Part shown: positions 25,699 to 34,719 of the stretch, piece after piece
How positions within the stretch are numbered: the stretch's first letter is position 1
Layout: each line of letters opens with the position of its first letter
Made by a program: the position numbers and the translations under genes
IMG/VR virus record: IMGVR_UViG_3300017991_000133
Location: 1-55,042 of that record
Direction: 5' to 3' (one strand)
Origin: a virus
Lineage: Duplodnaviria > Caudoviricetes
Length of the DNA: 55,042 bases
The notes under the pieces: generated by a model
Seen by the model: only the letters and a program-made list of their open reading frames with translations
Databases searched by the model: none
Told to the model about the DNA's origin: nothing

Positions 25699-26142
25699 TT
25701 AAGGAGCGTTTGCTATGCTCCATATATAGTTTGTGGAGAACTCCACGAAGCCGCGGTCGGCCGGCATGGCAATAGGCGCTGGTGAGCCCTGCGCATTGAT
25801 CACCATGCAGTCCTGTTCTGGAGATCCAAACATAGCCGGCAGGGTCCAGCCCGCCGTTCCGTGTAGCGCCTCGTATAGGCACCAGGCGTCCTCCAGCGCA
25901 GTGTGATAGTCCTCCGCTCTGTTCCAAATCTGAATGGCCTTTTCCTCCCAGTCCGGCAGGTCGGGCACCACGCCGCCCGGCGTGCGCTCCATGACCACCA
26001 CACAGCGGGCCGGTACGTCCGTGTTGTCGGGCCGCTTGTCCGGGAGGTGGCCTATAAAAAGATTGCGGCCAATCACCCATCCGCAGCCGCTTTGGTAGCT
26101 CAAAAACTTGGCCACCGCGTATATCCTGGCATAGTTTGTCAT
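25699..26142 (-). CDS. Tail terminator-like protein
   Basis: 'NLFIGHLPDKRPD', 'IQIWNRA', 'EFSTNY'. Confidence 0.75.
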   Translation of the reverse strand: MTNYARIYAVAKFLSYQSGCGWVIGRNLFIGHLPDKRPDNTDVPARCVVVMERTPGGVVPDLPDWEEKAIQIWNRAEDYHTALEDAWCLYEALHGTAGWTLPAMFGSPEQDCMVINAQGSPAPIAMPADRGFVEFSTNYIWSIANAP

Positions 26143-26546
26143 TTCATGCTCCCCACGGCCTCGTCTACGTGTTCCGCCACCAGCTTCAGGTACTCGTCGG
26201 CAAACCGCTCCAGCTTGGCCTCAAGGTACTTGGGCCCGCTGCCCGGCAGCGTCCAGTGCCATGTCTCGAGGCCCTCGTGAAGGTAGGTGGCATATATGAT
26301 GTTGAAGCCGACGAAGAAAAAGATCTCGTTCTTTTTTATGACTGGCTCAAGGATCCGCTGGCTTTTCCACAGCTCGCCCCACAGGTGCGGAGCCCTGGGC
26401 TCCACCTCGATGGCGTCGGCGATCACCCGGGGGCCGACCTTTTTGAAAAGGGCCTCGGCCGTTATCTCGGGGTGCTTCTTTACGTACTTCTCAAAGCCCT
26501 CCATGAATTCTCCGGTGTCCAGGTAGAGGCCGGTTTGTACAGCCAT
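26139..26546 (-). CDS. Tail completion protein (HK97 gp10-like)
   Basis: 'AP...GELWKS', 'YATYLHE', 'GPKYLE'. Confidence 0.78.
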   Translation of the reverse strand: MAVQTGLYLDTGEFMEGFEKYVKKHPEITAEALFKKVGPRVIADAIEVEPRAPHLWGELWKSQRILEPVIKKNEIFFFVGFNIIYATYLHEGLETWHWTLPGSGPKYLEAKLERFADEYLKLVAEHVDEAVGSMK

Positions 26547-26851
26547 CAGTTGACGTAGACCTCCTTGTGGTGGAGTGCGGTGCTGTCCTGGGGCTCCAGG
26601 ACCTTTATGATTTTGTATTCGCGGCCGCTGTACCGCAGGTAAAAGTGCGTCTGTATGTTTGCGGTTGGGAGGAAAAACACCTTGGCCAGGCTTATGATCT
26701 CTTCACCCTTGTCGTCCAGAACGCGCCGGAGGCCGAACATCCAGCGGCACTTAAGCCCGGGCCATACCGTCTCGCCGGTTATGCGGCCGTACTGGTCCAG
26801 GTTTTTGCGCACCGCGTCGCAGGTGTTTATCAGCAGGCTGTTATAGCTCAT
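26546..26851 (-). CDS. Head closure (stopper) protein
   Basis: 'DQYG', 'GREYKI', 'HHKEVYV'; size and position. Confidence 0.75.
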   Translation of the reverse strand: MSYNSLLINTCDAVRKNLDQYGRITGETVWPGLKCRWMFGLRRVLDDKGEEIISLAKVFFLPTANIQTHFYLRYSGREYKIIKVLEPQDSTALHHKEVYVN

Positions 26852-27767
26852 CTAAATGCTCCTTCAGCTCGACGACACGGTTATCGACGCTGTGGTTGGC
26901 GCGCACGAAGGCGGTCGCCTGCTGGCGTATGTGCTCGAAGAGTTCGGGTTCTGTGCAGCACTTTTTTACTTGTGCCAGCGCGTTTTTGGCGCTTATGGGC
27001 ACGTAGTGCTCTCCTGCCCGCAGTCCTGCCTGCAGCGCGTCCCGAGTCCTTTCTGCCAGCATGAGCGTGCCGGCTGCTGGGATCTCGAAGTACTTGGCCA
27101 GGCCGTAGCGATATATGCTTGCGGTGGCGATGCTGCAGCGGTATCGGTTAAGGAGCTTGGCATAGACTTCGTTTACTGCCGGGGCGATCTCGTAGTGCGC
27201 CATGGGGTCCCGGCGTTCCCATCGCGGATGCAGGAGGCGGTCTATGAACCGCTCCTTTTGGTGCGGCAGCTGCCGGAGAATGTCAGCGCGGATGGGGTAT
27301 AGAGTCTTGTTTGTGTGGCCCGTAAAAAGGGCCCTTTCCAGCGGGTTTTTTCGGATCGGTAGGCTCGTGTATCTGGCGTCCGGGGCAAAGTAGAGCGGAA
27401 AGAAGTGCCAGCGTCGGTTGAACTGCGGGAAGTTCTGGCGCATGTACTCGCCGTATGTGCAGAGCGCGAGGTCGGCTCGATCGAAGACCGGGCCCAGGAT
27501 GGCGGCCGTGAAGTTGTGGGGGCCTGTCAGCAGATACGCGACCTTAATCCCCTTGGCCAGCATAGTCGATTGCCTCAGCGTATTTCTGCCATGGGCCCCG
27601 GCGTAGATCAGCACGAGGTCTGCCCTGCTGGCCTGCGCCGGAAGATGGTTGGCGTAGAGGATCTCGAAGCCCAGGAGCTTTTCGAGGTGTAAGAAAAATT
27701 GGAGTACCCGGTCGCTCAGGGTGGCGTTGTCGCGGAATATTTTTGGCACCACGGCTATGCGCTTCAT
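26841..27767 (-). CDS. Glycosyltransferase (GT-B fold)
   Basis: 'FTG...YPIR', 'YAKLLN', 'KYFEIPAAGTLML', 'GEHYV'. Confidence 0.82.
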   Translation of the reverse strand: MKRIAVVPKIFRDNATLSDRVLQFFLHLEKLLGFEILYANHLPAQASRADLVLIYAGAHGRNTLRQSTMLAKGIKVAYLLTGPHNFTAAILGPVFDRADLALCTYGEYMRQNFPQFNRRWHFFPLYFAPDARYTSLPIRKNPLERALFTGHTNKTLYPIRADILRQLPHQKERFIDRLLHPRWERRDPMAHYEIAPAVNEVYAKLLNRYRCSIATASIYRYGLAKYFEIPAAGTLMLAERTRDALQAGLRAGEHYVPISAKNALAQVKKCCTEPELFEHIRQQATAFVRANHSVDNRVVELKEHLDEL

Positions 27768-28282
27768 CGTGTGTGCCTCCAAGCCACCAGGTTGCTGCCC
27801 TTGACATCGATCTTGCCCAGCGTGCTGGTCTTATAACCAAGGTCCTGGAGCATGTCCGGGTATATGGCGCACAGGTGCCGCTCGTATGGGTTGCCGTCTA
27901 CTGCGTCCTGGTCGTAACGGCCCCACGGGCTGGCCAGCACCACCACGTGGAGTGCCAGCTCTTCGAGTGCTGCCAGCGTCGGCGCCAGATCTTGTGCGTG
28001 TATGTGCTCCGGTCCGTGCCACCACATCACCACATCGTGCGGGCCCAGGTTTAGGCGGGCTGTGCTGCGCACGTCGCCACACATGACGCGATTCACGCCG
28101 GCGACGTGTTTGGCCACATATACGGCGTTGCGGTGCCATGCCTCCAGAACGGTGATGGTGTAGCCGCGGTTGGTAAATAACGGCAGCATGTGCTGGCGTC
28201 TTTGGCTGGCGCCCACGTATAGCAGCGTGTGGTAGCGCAGCACGTCGGGCACGGCCTTTAGCAGTTGCTGCTGTCGTGTCAT
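27764..28282 (-). CDS. Class I SAM-dependent methyltransferase-like protein
   Basis: 'LLYVGA', 'VLE', 'GDVR', 'DVVMWWHGPEH'. Confidence 0.7.
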   Translation of the reverse strand: MTRQQQLLKAVPDVLRYHTLLYVGASQRRQHMLPLFTNRGYTITVLEAWHRNAVYVAKHVAGVNRVMCGDVRSTARLNLGPHDVVMWWHGPEHIHAQDLAPTLAALEELALHVVVLASPWGRYDQDAVDGNPYERHLCAIYPDMLQDLGYKTSTLGKIDVKGSNLVAWRHTR

Positions 28283-28929
28283 GCCGGATCCTCCGCTCGA
28301 TGGTGCCACAGCCGTGATTCGATAAACTCGCGCAGCGGGCCCGGGTCGTCGGGCATGCGCAGGTCTAGAAAGTCCACCACCTCCCCGAGGGCTGTCGTCC
28401 AGTCGTTGAAATAATCGCTGTATATCGTCACGCACCAGCGTTGGCCCTGGATGTTTCTCATCATCTCGCGCATGTATGTGAAGCAGAGCTCGCGGCTGCG
28501 GTCCTCTTCAAAGCCGTTACGGGCCTTGAGGCTTGCGGCCACCTCGTCGAATCGCCGGTTGACAACCACCACGCGCAGGCTCTGGCCCTCGTGGGCAATG
28601 GCCCGGGCCCAAAGGTGCAGGGTAAGGCAGGCCCGCGGATCCTTCCAGCCCACGGGCTTGTTTGTCGGCCACGAGGCGACAAAGCGCAGCATCTCTCCCC
28701 ATATGCGCTCTGTTATGCGCACCTCTTTGGGCGGGGTGTGCCAGCTGCCGCCGTTTATGGCCAGCAGCGCGTCGTTTATGCGCACAAAGGTCCGGTCCTC
28801 GTAGTGGCCTTTTGGGTTATCGACCAGGCCGCTTATGAGGTTTGAGCCCAGGTGCAGGCCGCAGCGCTGCAGCAGCCCGGTCACCATGCTGGTGCCGCTG
28901 CGGTGCATGCCTGTGATGATGGCCTTCAT
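28279..28929 (-). CDS. Sulfotransferase-family protein
   Basis: 'IITGMHRSGTS' 5'-PSB loop, 'NPKGHYED', 'WKDPR', 'R...VAASL'. Confidence 0.85.
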   Translation of the reverse strand: MKAIITGMHRSGTSMVTGLLQRCGLHLGSNLISGLVDNPKGHYEDRTFVRINDALLAINGGSWHTPPKEVRITERIWGEMLRFVASWPTNKPVGWKDPRACLTLHLWARAIAHEGQSLRVVVVNRRFDEVAASLKARNGFEEDRSRELCFTYMREMMRNIQGQRWCVTIYSDYFNDWTTALGEVVDFLDLRMPDDPGPLREFIESRLWHHRAEDPA

Positions 28930-29342
28930 TTAGGCTTCTCCAGGTGAAATGCCACGAGCTGCTTGTCTGGCGGCCGGCTGAACACGGGCTTTTCCTCTAT
29001 GATGGTGTAGCCCTTTCTGAGTGCGGTCGAGAGCTCCTTGGCGGCAAAGTAGAAAAGGCCCTTGGCGCGCTCATAGTCCCGGCCCTGCCGGGTCCATACG
29101 GCGCCTACCACGTGGCCTCCTGGGCGGAGTACGCGGCTCACTTCGCTTAGGCCCTGGCTCAGGCTCTTTGTCGTGCAGAGGTAGGGGCCCAGCAGGATCG
29201 TGTAGGCGTAGCCGTCCTCGTATGGCAGCTTGGCGGCGTCATGGTCCGCGTATTTGCCCCTCAGGTCCAGCTTGCGCTGGCCTCTTTTGCTGGCCGCTTT
29301 TTCCATCGGCTCGAGCTTCGTTTTTAAAATGTTTTTTCCCAT
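28926..29342 (-). CDS. Truncated or degenerate methyltransferase-fold protein
   Basis: 'DAAKLPYEDG', 'EVSRVLRPGG'; motif I absent. Confidence 0.6.
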   Translation of the reverse strand: MGKNILKTKLEPMEKAASKRGQRKLDLRGKYADHDAAKLPYEDGYAYTILLGPYLCTTKSLSQGLSEVSRVLRPGGHVVGAVWTRQGRDYERAKGLFYFAAKELSTALRKGYTIIEEKPVFSRPPDKQLVAFHLEKPK

Positions 29343-29343
29343 C

Positions 29344-30159
29344 TTATCCTCCGATGCAGTTTTCGATCCACTCCCACACGCGCTGCGGGGTGCAGCTGCG
29401 CTGGAAGAGGTGCTTGGCCGAGGCGCCGATCCTCCTGCAGGCGGGTCGATGCTCGCGGCACCACTCTATTTTGTCCACAAGATCGCTATAGTCGTCGGCG
29501 CATGCCACGTAGTGCTCCCCGGGCGCTGGTGAAGTGCGCCATGGCAGCGTGATGTCCAGCTTCGGGCTTATGGTGCATGCCCCCAGGGCCCAGTACTGCA
29601 GCTGCCCTCGGTCGAGGATGTCGTTGCGGGCACCGGGCACGCATACTGCCACGAGGCATTGCTCGACCTTGCGCCAGAATGTCAGCCTATCTGTGATGCT
29701 GGTATCGAGGCTGTGCTTGTATCGCTTGCGCAGCAGTGTCTGGACGGCTGTTCTTCTTATCTTTGCTGCAGCTCCAGGTTTTTGGTTGTTCAGGACCGTG
29801 TCACCTGTGGCGCGGTAGTGCAGGTTGCTGGCCAGGTGCCAGTACTGGCGCCAGTCGTAGAAGCTTATGGGCGTCAGCGGATATGTTTTTGGCTGGGATC
29901 CGTGTTTTTTCTCGCTGTAGTGATAGCGGAAGCAGGCGCTGAATTGGTCCAGGTCGGCGGCCGTTTGATGATGGTCGCCAAAGTCTATGAGGATCCTCGC
30001 GTCATCGGCCCTCATCTCGAATCCCCGGTTCTGCCTTGGCATCGGGACGTAGTTGATTCGCACTCCGACGGCCACAGCCAGGCGCGAGAGAAATCTGTAG
30101 TGCGTCTCGTAATAACGCTGGCCGTCGGGGCGTGGAAAGTCGATGTCACGCAAGTGCAT
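29344..30159 (-). CDS. Glycosyltransferase (GT-B fold)
   Basis: 'VCVPG...DRG...GACTISP', 'PGEHYVACADDYSDLVDKIEWC'. Confidence 0.75.
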   Translation of the reverse strand: MHLRDIDFPRPDGQRYYETHYRFLSRLAVAVGVRINYVPMPRQNRGFEMRADDARILIDFGDHHQTAADLDQFSACFRYHYSEKKHGSQPKTYPLTPISFYDWRQYWHLASNLHYRATGDTVLNNQKPGAAAKIRRTAVQTLLRKRYKHSLDTSITDRLTFWRKVEQCLVAVCVPGARNDILDRGQLQYWALGACTISPKLDITLPWRTSPAPGEHYVACADDYSDLVDKIEWCREHRPACRRIGASAKHLFQRSCTPQRVWEWIENCIGG

Positions 30160-30817
30160 TTTGCCCTCTCTTGCTTAGGAGGCGAAAGCTTTTTCCCCAC
30201 AGCAGGCCCTCTGCTACTCGCATGCGCTGGTATCCGAGGTCCCGCTGCTCCACCGGCTTGGCGGTCCTGTAGGTGTTGTCTTTGGGGCGGTAGTGAGTCA
30301 CCCTCGCCTCATCGCACATGAAAAGGCGACCGATACTCCGGGTGAACCGCCCCAGTTCTGCGTCGCTGCAATAGTGGATGTAATCCGGGCAAAATACGGC
30401 CCGCTGGGGAAAGCGCTCTATGAATGCCCTTCCCAGTAGACCGAATGCCGTGCTGCAGCCACGCACGTCCTGGTTGATCGGGACGAGTCCATCGCCTTTA
30501 GGCGTCTTTCGTTTGAGGCGCTGGACGGCGTGCTCTATGCAGCGGGGCTCGAAGACCAGGTCGTCGCTTGCGTAGAGAACGGCGCCGTCGTCTATGCTTG
30601 CCAGGGCCCGGTTCATTGAGCGGATCCAGTCCTGCCTCTTTTCGTTCCACATGACGGTATCGGCCGGCATGCGCCTTGCGGCCTTGAGAAGATCGGGATT
30701 GCCGTCGACGATGATCACGATGGTGAGGTCCTTGTAGCTGCTTGCGCGGATTGATTTAATGGTCCTCGAGAGCAGCTTCTGCCGGTCGAGCGTCGGGATG
30801 ACTACGCTAACGTGCAT
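30146..30817 (-). CDS. Glycosyltransferase family 2
   Basis: 'VSVVIPT', 'IIVDG', 'SDD' DxD-like motif, 'D.EL'. Confidence 0.88.
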   Translation of the reverse strand: MHVSVVIPTLDRQKLLSRTIKSIRASSYKDLTIVIIVDGNPDLLKAARRMPADTVMWNEKRQDWIRSMNRALASIDDGAVLYASDDLVFEPRCIEHAVQRLKRKTPKGDGLVPINQDVRGCSTAFGLLGRAFIERFPQRAVFCPDYIHYCSDAELGRFTRSIGRLFMCDEARVTHYRPKDNTYRTAKPVEQRDLGYQRMRVAEGLLWGKSFRLLSKRGQNALA

Positions 30818-31688
30818 TGGCGGCTCCTTCGTATGCCTTTATGTATTTGGGTAGGTGCTCGATGGGGTGCCAGTGCTGTAGGGCCCAAAGCCGGGCGCGC
30901 TCCTGGTGGTCGCGCAGCGTGCGGGGGCTGTCGATGAGCCAGAGAAGCTTCTCGTGCAAGTTGGTAAGGCTCGCGTGGATCCAGGGGACTTTCAGGCTGC
31001 GGTTCAGGACAGCGCATCCCAGGCATGCTCCCTCGAGGCTGGTGCGGTGCCAGTTTCCGGTGACCACATCGTCTATGAGAATGTGGGCTCTAGCCTTCAT
31101 GGCCAGGTTTTCCTGGTAGGGCTGGCCTTCGATCCACATGATCTCGATGTCTCGTTCGGTTGCAATCCGGTTTAGCACAGCCTTGACGGCGTGGTAGCCC
31201 TTGCTGTCCGGCCGGCCCACAGGGGACCGGTTCGTTGGGGCAAAGGCTATCGTGATCTTCTGGCCGCGGCGCTGCGGGCGCAGCTCGTCGGGGTCTATGA
31301 TGTTCGGCAGCCCGGGCAGCTTGTATTCCTTGATCTGGAGCGGCTGGGCAATGGTGTAGCAGACGTCGGCCCATGCCATGAGCTCGCGCCAGTTGCCCAG
31401 GCGGGGCAGGCTGTGAAACTGGGCGACCACGGGCTGGGATCGCCGGAGGCCCCTCAGCGTGCGCGTCAGGTAGTTATGGACGTGCCAGACCTCAGCGCCC
31501 CTGAGCGCTGCCGTCGCGTCGCCGTTGCTCGAGCTTAGCAGCAGGTGGTGTGGAAACACGCGGCCGTCGGCGTATTTCACAAAGTCGTTTATGAGCGAGA
31601 CCTCGAGAGCGGTGTACTTGCGCAGCGCCTTGTACAGCTCCCATGGTGCCCCGGCTAGCGGGGTCCTTGCATAGATGGCCACCTTCAT
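30807..31688 (-). CDS. Glycosyltransferase (GT-B, GT4-like)
   Basis: 'FAPTN', 'KG', 'ILIDDV...SLEGACLG'. Confidence 0.78.
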   Translation of the reverse strand: MKVAIYARTPLAGAPWELYKALRKYTALEVSLINDFVKYADGRVFPHHLLLSSSNGDATAALRGAEVWHVHNYLTRTLRGLRRSQPVVAQFHSLPRLGNWRELMAWADVCYTIAQPLQIKEYKLPGLPNIIDPDELRPQRRGQKITIAFAPTNRSPVGRPDSKGYHAVKAVLNRIATERDIEIMWIEGQPYQENLAMKARAHILIDDVVTGNWHRTSLEGACLGCAVLNRSLKVPWIHASLTNLHEKLLWLIDSPRTLRDHQERARLWALQHWHPIEHLPKYIKAYEGAANAR

Positions 31689-31844
31689 GTTATGCTCCAC
31701 TTCCTGCAGGCCGTGACGCCTTAAAGGTCTCGAGACGTCGAGCGTGGCTTAGCGGATGGTAGCCATGTAACTGGCCGCGGCCGGTGGTGGCTGCAAAAGG
31801 CACAACGGTCCGTGTAACAGCGGGCGCTGCTCCTGCAGGGATTT

Positions 31845-32243
31845 TCATTCTCTCAGCCCCCCCTCACTCGTGCGCTCGATGTCCTCGGGGTCTATAAGGA
31901 TCTGGTAAATCTCGTAGCAGCGCGTGTCCTCCAGCGCTTCGAATTGATGCCACAGCTGCGGGCCCACGGTGGTGATTTGGCCTGGCATCAGCACGGTGCT
32001 GTCCAGCAGCCTTACGCCCTCGTCGTCCCATACGCGCACAAGTAGCTTGCCGCTTATCACGTGGAATAGGTTTGTCTTGCCTTTGGGATGGCGGTGCTTG
32101 CTGCAGTAGCCGCCGGCCTTTATATCGAGGTAGTGCGCCTCGACATTTACTGTCTGAAAAACGCACATGGTGCGGCCCCAGGCTTTGTCCTTGACGGCGC
32201 CGATCAATGCAGCACCTCTTCCGGGCGTTGTTTCGGAAAGCAC
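31845..32243 (-). CDS. Cupin-fold protein (sugar isomerase-like)
   Basis: 'KAWG', 'CSKHRH', 'GPQLWHQFEA', 'EIY'. Confidence 0.82.
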   Translation of the reverse strand: MLSETTPGRGAALIGAVKDKAWGRTMCVFQTVNVEAHYLDIKAGGYCSKHRHPKGKTNLFHVISGKLLVRVWDDEGVRLLDSTVLMPGQITTVGPQLWHQFEALEDTRCYEIYQILIDPEDIERTSEGGLRE

Positions 32244-32926
32244 TGCAGTGCGCTCTCAGGGTTTAGGTTAATGACGCGGCTTTTGGTATGGCTTATGCGC
32301 ATGGCTGCCCGGTTGAAGTAGGCTATAAAGTCCTTGACTGTTTTGAACTTTTGCGGCATGGGGTGCCCGCTATGCCAGTGGGTGCGGCCGAATTTATGGT
32401 CGTGGTTGCAGTCGAAGCCCAGGAGGTACACCGGGTCAGCACCCAGGCATACGGCCAGGTTAAGCGCCGCGTAGCCGCTATTGTTTCCGTGCCCTATGCC
32501 ATCCTCGAGGCTGGTGCCAAAGTTGCGCAGGCCCTGATTGTAGTTGCCCTTCACCTTGACTATGAAAAATTCCGGTGGCAGGCTCAGCCGGTATGTGGCC
32601 AGCCATACCTTGTAGGCGGTGCTGCGATTGAACTTTTCGCGTGCACCAGCACCATCGGCGCGCTTGTCGTACATTCCCTTGACCAGCCAATTCAGGAAGC
32701 GGGTATCCATGCTGAATATGATTGTGGGATCGAGGCGCTCGAATGCGCGGTTTATGCCTATGGTCCTTTTCCCTCGCAGCAGGCTCCAATCAAAATTTTG
32801 GAGGCTGGGGCCGCCGCCTATGATAAAGCACGGCTTGCCGCGCCAGGCTCCGTCGGGAAGCACCTCATGCAGCTGCCGGTTCGTGTATTGCCGCGAGGCG
32901 TATAGCATGTTTCGTGTCGTTCTCAT
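32204..32926 (-). CDS. MAF/DUF115-like putative glycosyltransferase (sialyltransferase-like)
   Basis: 'CFIIGGGPSL', 'IGIN', 'NSGYAALNLA...GADPVYLLGFD'. Confidence 0.75.
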   Translation of the reverse strand: MRTTRNMLYASRQYTNRQLHEVLPDGAWRGKPCFIIGGGPSLQNFDWSLLRGKRTIGINRAFERLDPTIIFSMDTRFLNWLVKGMYDKRADGAGAREKFNRSTAYKVWLATYRLSLPPEFFIVKVKGNYNQGLRNFGTSLEDGIGHGNNSGYAALNLAVCLGADPVYLLGFDCNHDHKFGRTHWHSGHPMPQKFKTVKDFIAYFNRAAMRISHTKSRVINLNPESALQCFPKQRPEEVLH

Positions 32927-33570
32927 GGCGCCATGATGATGGGTTTTTTCTGTCTTCGGTATTGCCGCCAGACCGCGTCAACTTTGTCGACTCCGGTGAA
33001 GACGGCGTCCTTCCAGTCCGCCCCAAAGCCCTTGGTGTAGCTGTAGTCGCCGATCTTTTCGCTCTTCAGGCCGCCGGCGCCGCCCTTAGCGTAGGTGCCG
33101 TCGTTTATGGCGTCAACGAGCCATATGAGCGATTGCTTTATCGGCTGCGGGGCGGGCTCTCCGTAGGTGCCCACGAAGCGGCAGTTGTTGAAGCCCCGGG
33201 GGAATATTCCCTCGAGGACCTTTTCGCTTCCCTTGAAGGCGGCCACCAGGATGCTGGCGCCGCTCTGGAATGCGCCGCTGCCGCAGAGGTCCAGATACAC
33301 GGAGTTTTCGTCGAAGGCGTACCAGCTTTCGTCGAGCTCGATAGCGCAGATGTAGACGTGGTCCACAGTGATGATGTCGGCGTAGAGCGGGAGTGTGATC
33401 CGGTTCTTGTCGTTGCCGTTGATCTCGATGTCAAACGGCGCGACGTAAAAGGGCCGCCCCAGGGCCTTCTCCATCAGCTCCTCGGCGAATTTTATGGCGT
33501 CGGCCTTGCAGTCGGCGTCACATCCGCTGGGCCAGCTTTCTATGTCGTCAGGATCGATGTATGTGCCCAT
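32923..33570 (-). CDS. Head-tail adaptor protein
   Basis: 'KSEKIGDYSYT' motif; position after the capsid genes. Confidence 0.82.
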   Translation of the reverse strand: MGTYIDPDDIESWPSGCDADCKADAIKFAEELMEKALGRPFYVAPFDIEINGNDKNRITLPLYADIITVDHVYICAIELDESWYAFDENSVYLDLCGSGAFQSGASILVAAFKGSEKVLEGIFPRGFNNCRFVGTYGEPAPQPIKQSLIWLVDAINDGTYAKGGAGGLKSEKIGDYSYTKGFGADWKDAVFTGVDKVDAVWRQYRRQKKPIIMAP

Positions 33571-33587
33571 GGTGTTCTCCCCTGGGA

Positions 33588-33641
33588 AAAGAGCGAGGGG
33601 CCATTGCTAGCGCAGAGCCGCCGTGGCGGCCCCTCGCTTTT
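33588..33641. terminator. Hairpin between the decoration and adaptor genes (possible terminator or processing site)
   Basis: AGCGAGGGGCC/GGCCCCTCGCT inverted repeat with A/T flanks. Confidence 0.55.
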
Positions 33642-33663
33642 CGGTTGGCGTTCGTGAATGCTG

Positions 33664-34425
33664 CTACGCGATGACTCGTTTTTGCACCACATAAATGTAG
33701 TCGACGTCGATGCAGTGTGCGTCAGCCTCTGCGTTCCGGATCCCGAAGCCCACGTTGAGCTCCTCGTCCTGTGGGATGTTAGTGGTCATGCTGCCGGTTG
33801 CGATGCAGTAGCCGCCTTCCTGGGCGTCGGTGAAAACGAACCAGCGCACGGTTCCTGCGCCGTCCCAGTGGAAGCCTACGCGGTACCAGGTGTTGTCAGC
33901 CATGCTGGCGCAAAACACGTCGGTCAGGGCGCCGTCGTAGCAGGCGAAATGGATGTCATCGCCGCCCATGTCAACGTCGCTCCAGAATACCACGTAGTCT
34001 GTTGGCTGGCCCCAAAAAGAATCTCCGACTATGAGCCCAAACCACCAATCGGCGGCATCGGGATCGTCCACTCTGACGCGGGCCTCCGCGTAGAGCGGGT
34101 AGCAGTCTACCAGCTGCCAGCACTCGCATCCGTACACCAGCTCGTCGGAGTCGTTGTCGGCTCCGGCGTTGCACACTTGCAGCACGCCGTTGACCTCATC
34201 GATGCAGGCTTCGGTTGCGCTGCCGCTGCCCTCCTCGGTTGTGGTGATGGTCCAGCAGTCTGAGTCGAAGCAGCAGAAGTCCATCTCCAGGCGGTGGGCG
34301 AATGGTATCGTGTAGTTCTTGAACCAGCCCCACTTATCGTGGTTGATGTGCCAGTTCAAAAACTCGATGTCGCGGATGAAAAGCTCGGGGCTGTGGTCGT
34401 CTACGTATGCGTGTGGGAATTCCAT
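33664..34425 (-). CDS. Probable capsid decoration protein (beta-sandwich, lectin-like), Cys-rich and acidic
   Basis: Follows the capsid gene; 'TWYRVGFHWDG', 'IDVDYIYV'. Confidence 0.55.
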   Translation of the reverse strand: MEFPHAYVDDHSPELFIRDIEFLNWHINHDKWGWFKNYTIPFAHRLEMDFCCFDSDCWTITTTEEGSGSATEACIDEVNGVLQVCNAGADNDSDELVYGCECWQLVDCYPLYAEARVRVDDPDAADWWFGLIVGDSFWGQPTDYVVFWSDVDMGGDDIHFACYDGALTDVFCASMADNTWYRVGFHWDGAGTVRWFVFTDAQEGGYCIATGSMTTNIPQDEELNVGFGIRNAEADAHCIDVDYIYVVQKRVIA

Positions 34426-34718
34426 TATGTCTCCTCCAGTTTTTGAATTAGGTCGGCCTTCTTCATGAAAAAGCCGCCTTTGATTCCCACCTGCGCGGCA
34501 ATACTGCGCAGCTCCTGCACGCTGTACTTGGTGTAGTCGATGCGCGGTTCCTCCAGGCTGCCCTCCACGACAGTGACCTGGACCAGAGGGAAGGCGTCCA
34601 GTTCCTTGGCCGCCCTCCGGTCCGGGATGTCTATGGGCACGTTATACGGGAGGAAAAAATTGCCAATGCAGGTTGGAAAACCTCGCGACCTTCCGTAATT
34701 GGTTGCCTTAGCTAGCAT
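34425..34718 (-). CDS. Rho N-terminal-like (HeH) domain protein
   Basis: 'YSVQELRSIAAQVGIKG...MKKADLIQKL'. Confidence 0.75.
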   Translation of the reverse strand: MLAKATNYGRSRGFPTCIGNFFLPYNVPIDIPDRRAAKELDAFPLVQVTVVEGSLEEPRIDYTKYSVQELRSIAAQVGIKGGFFMKKADLIQKLEET

Positions 34719-34719
34719 C

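Noticed and set aside
31690-31848. Apparent gap bounded by CCTGCAGG inverted repeats as an ncRNA
   Set aside because: It is filled by a 52-aa - strand ORF (MKIPAGAAP...) coupled to both neighbours, and CCTGCAGG is self-palindromic, so the pairing is weak evidence.
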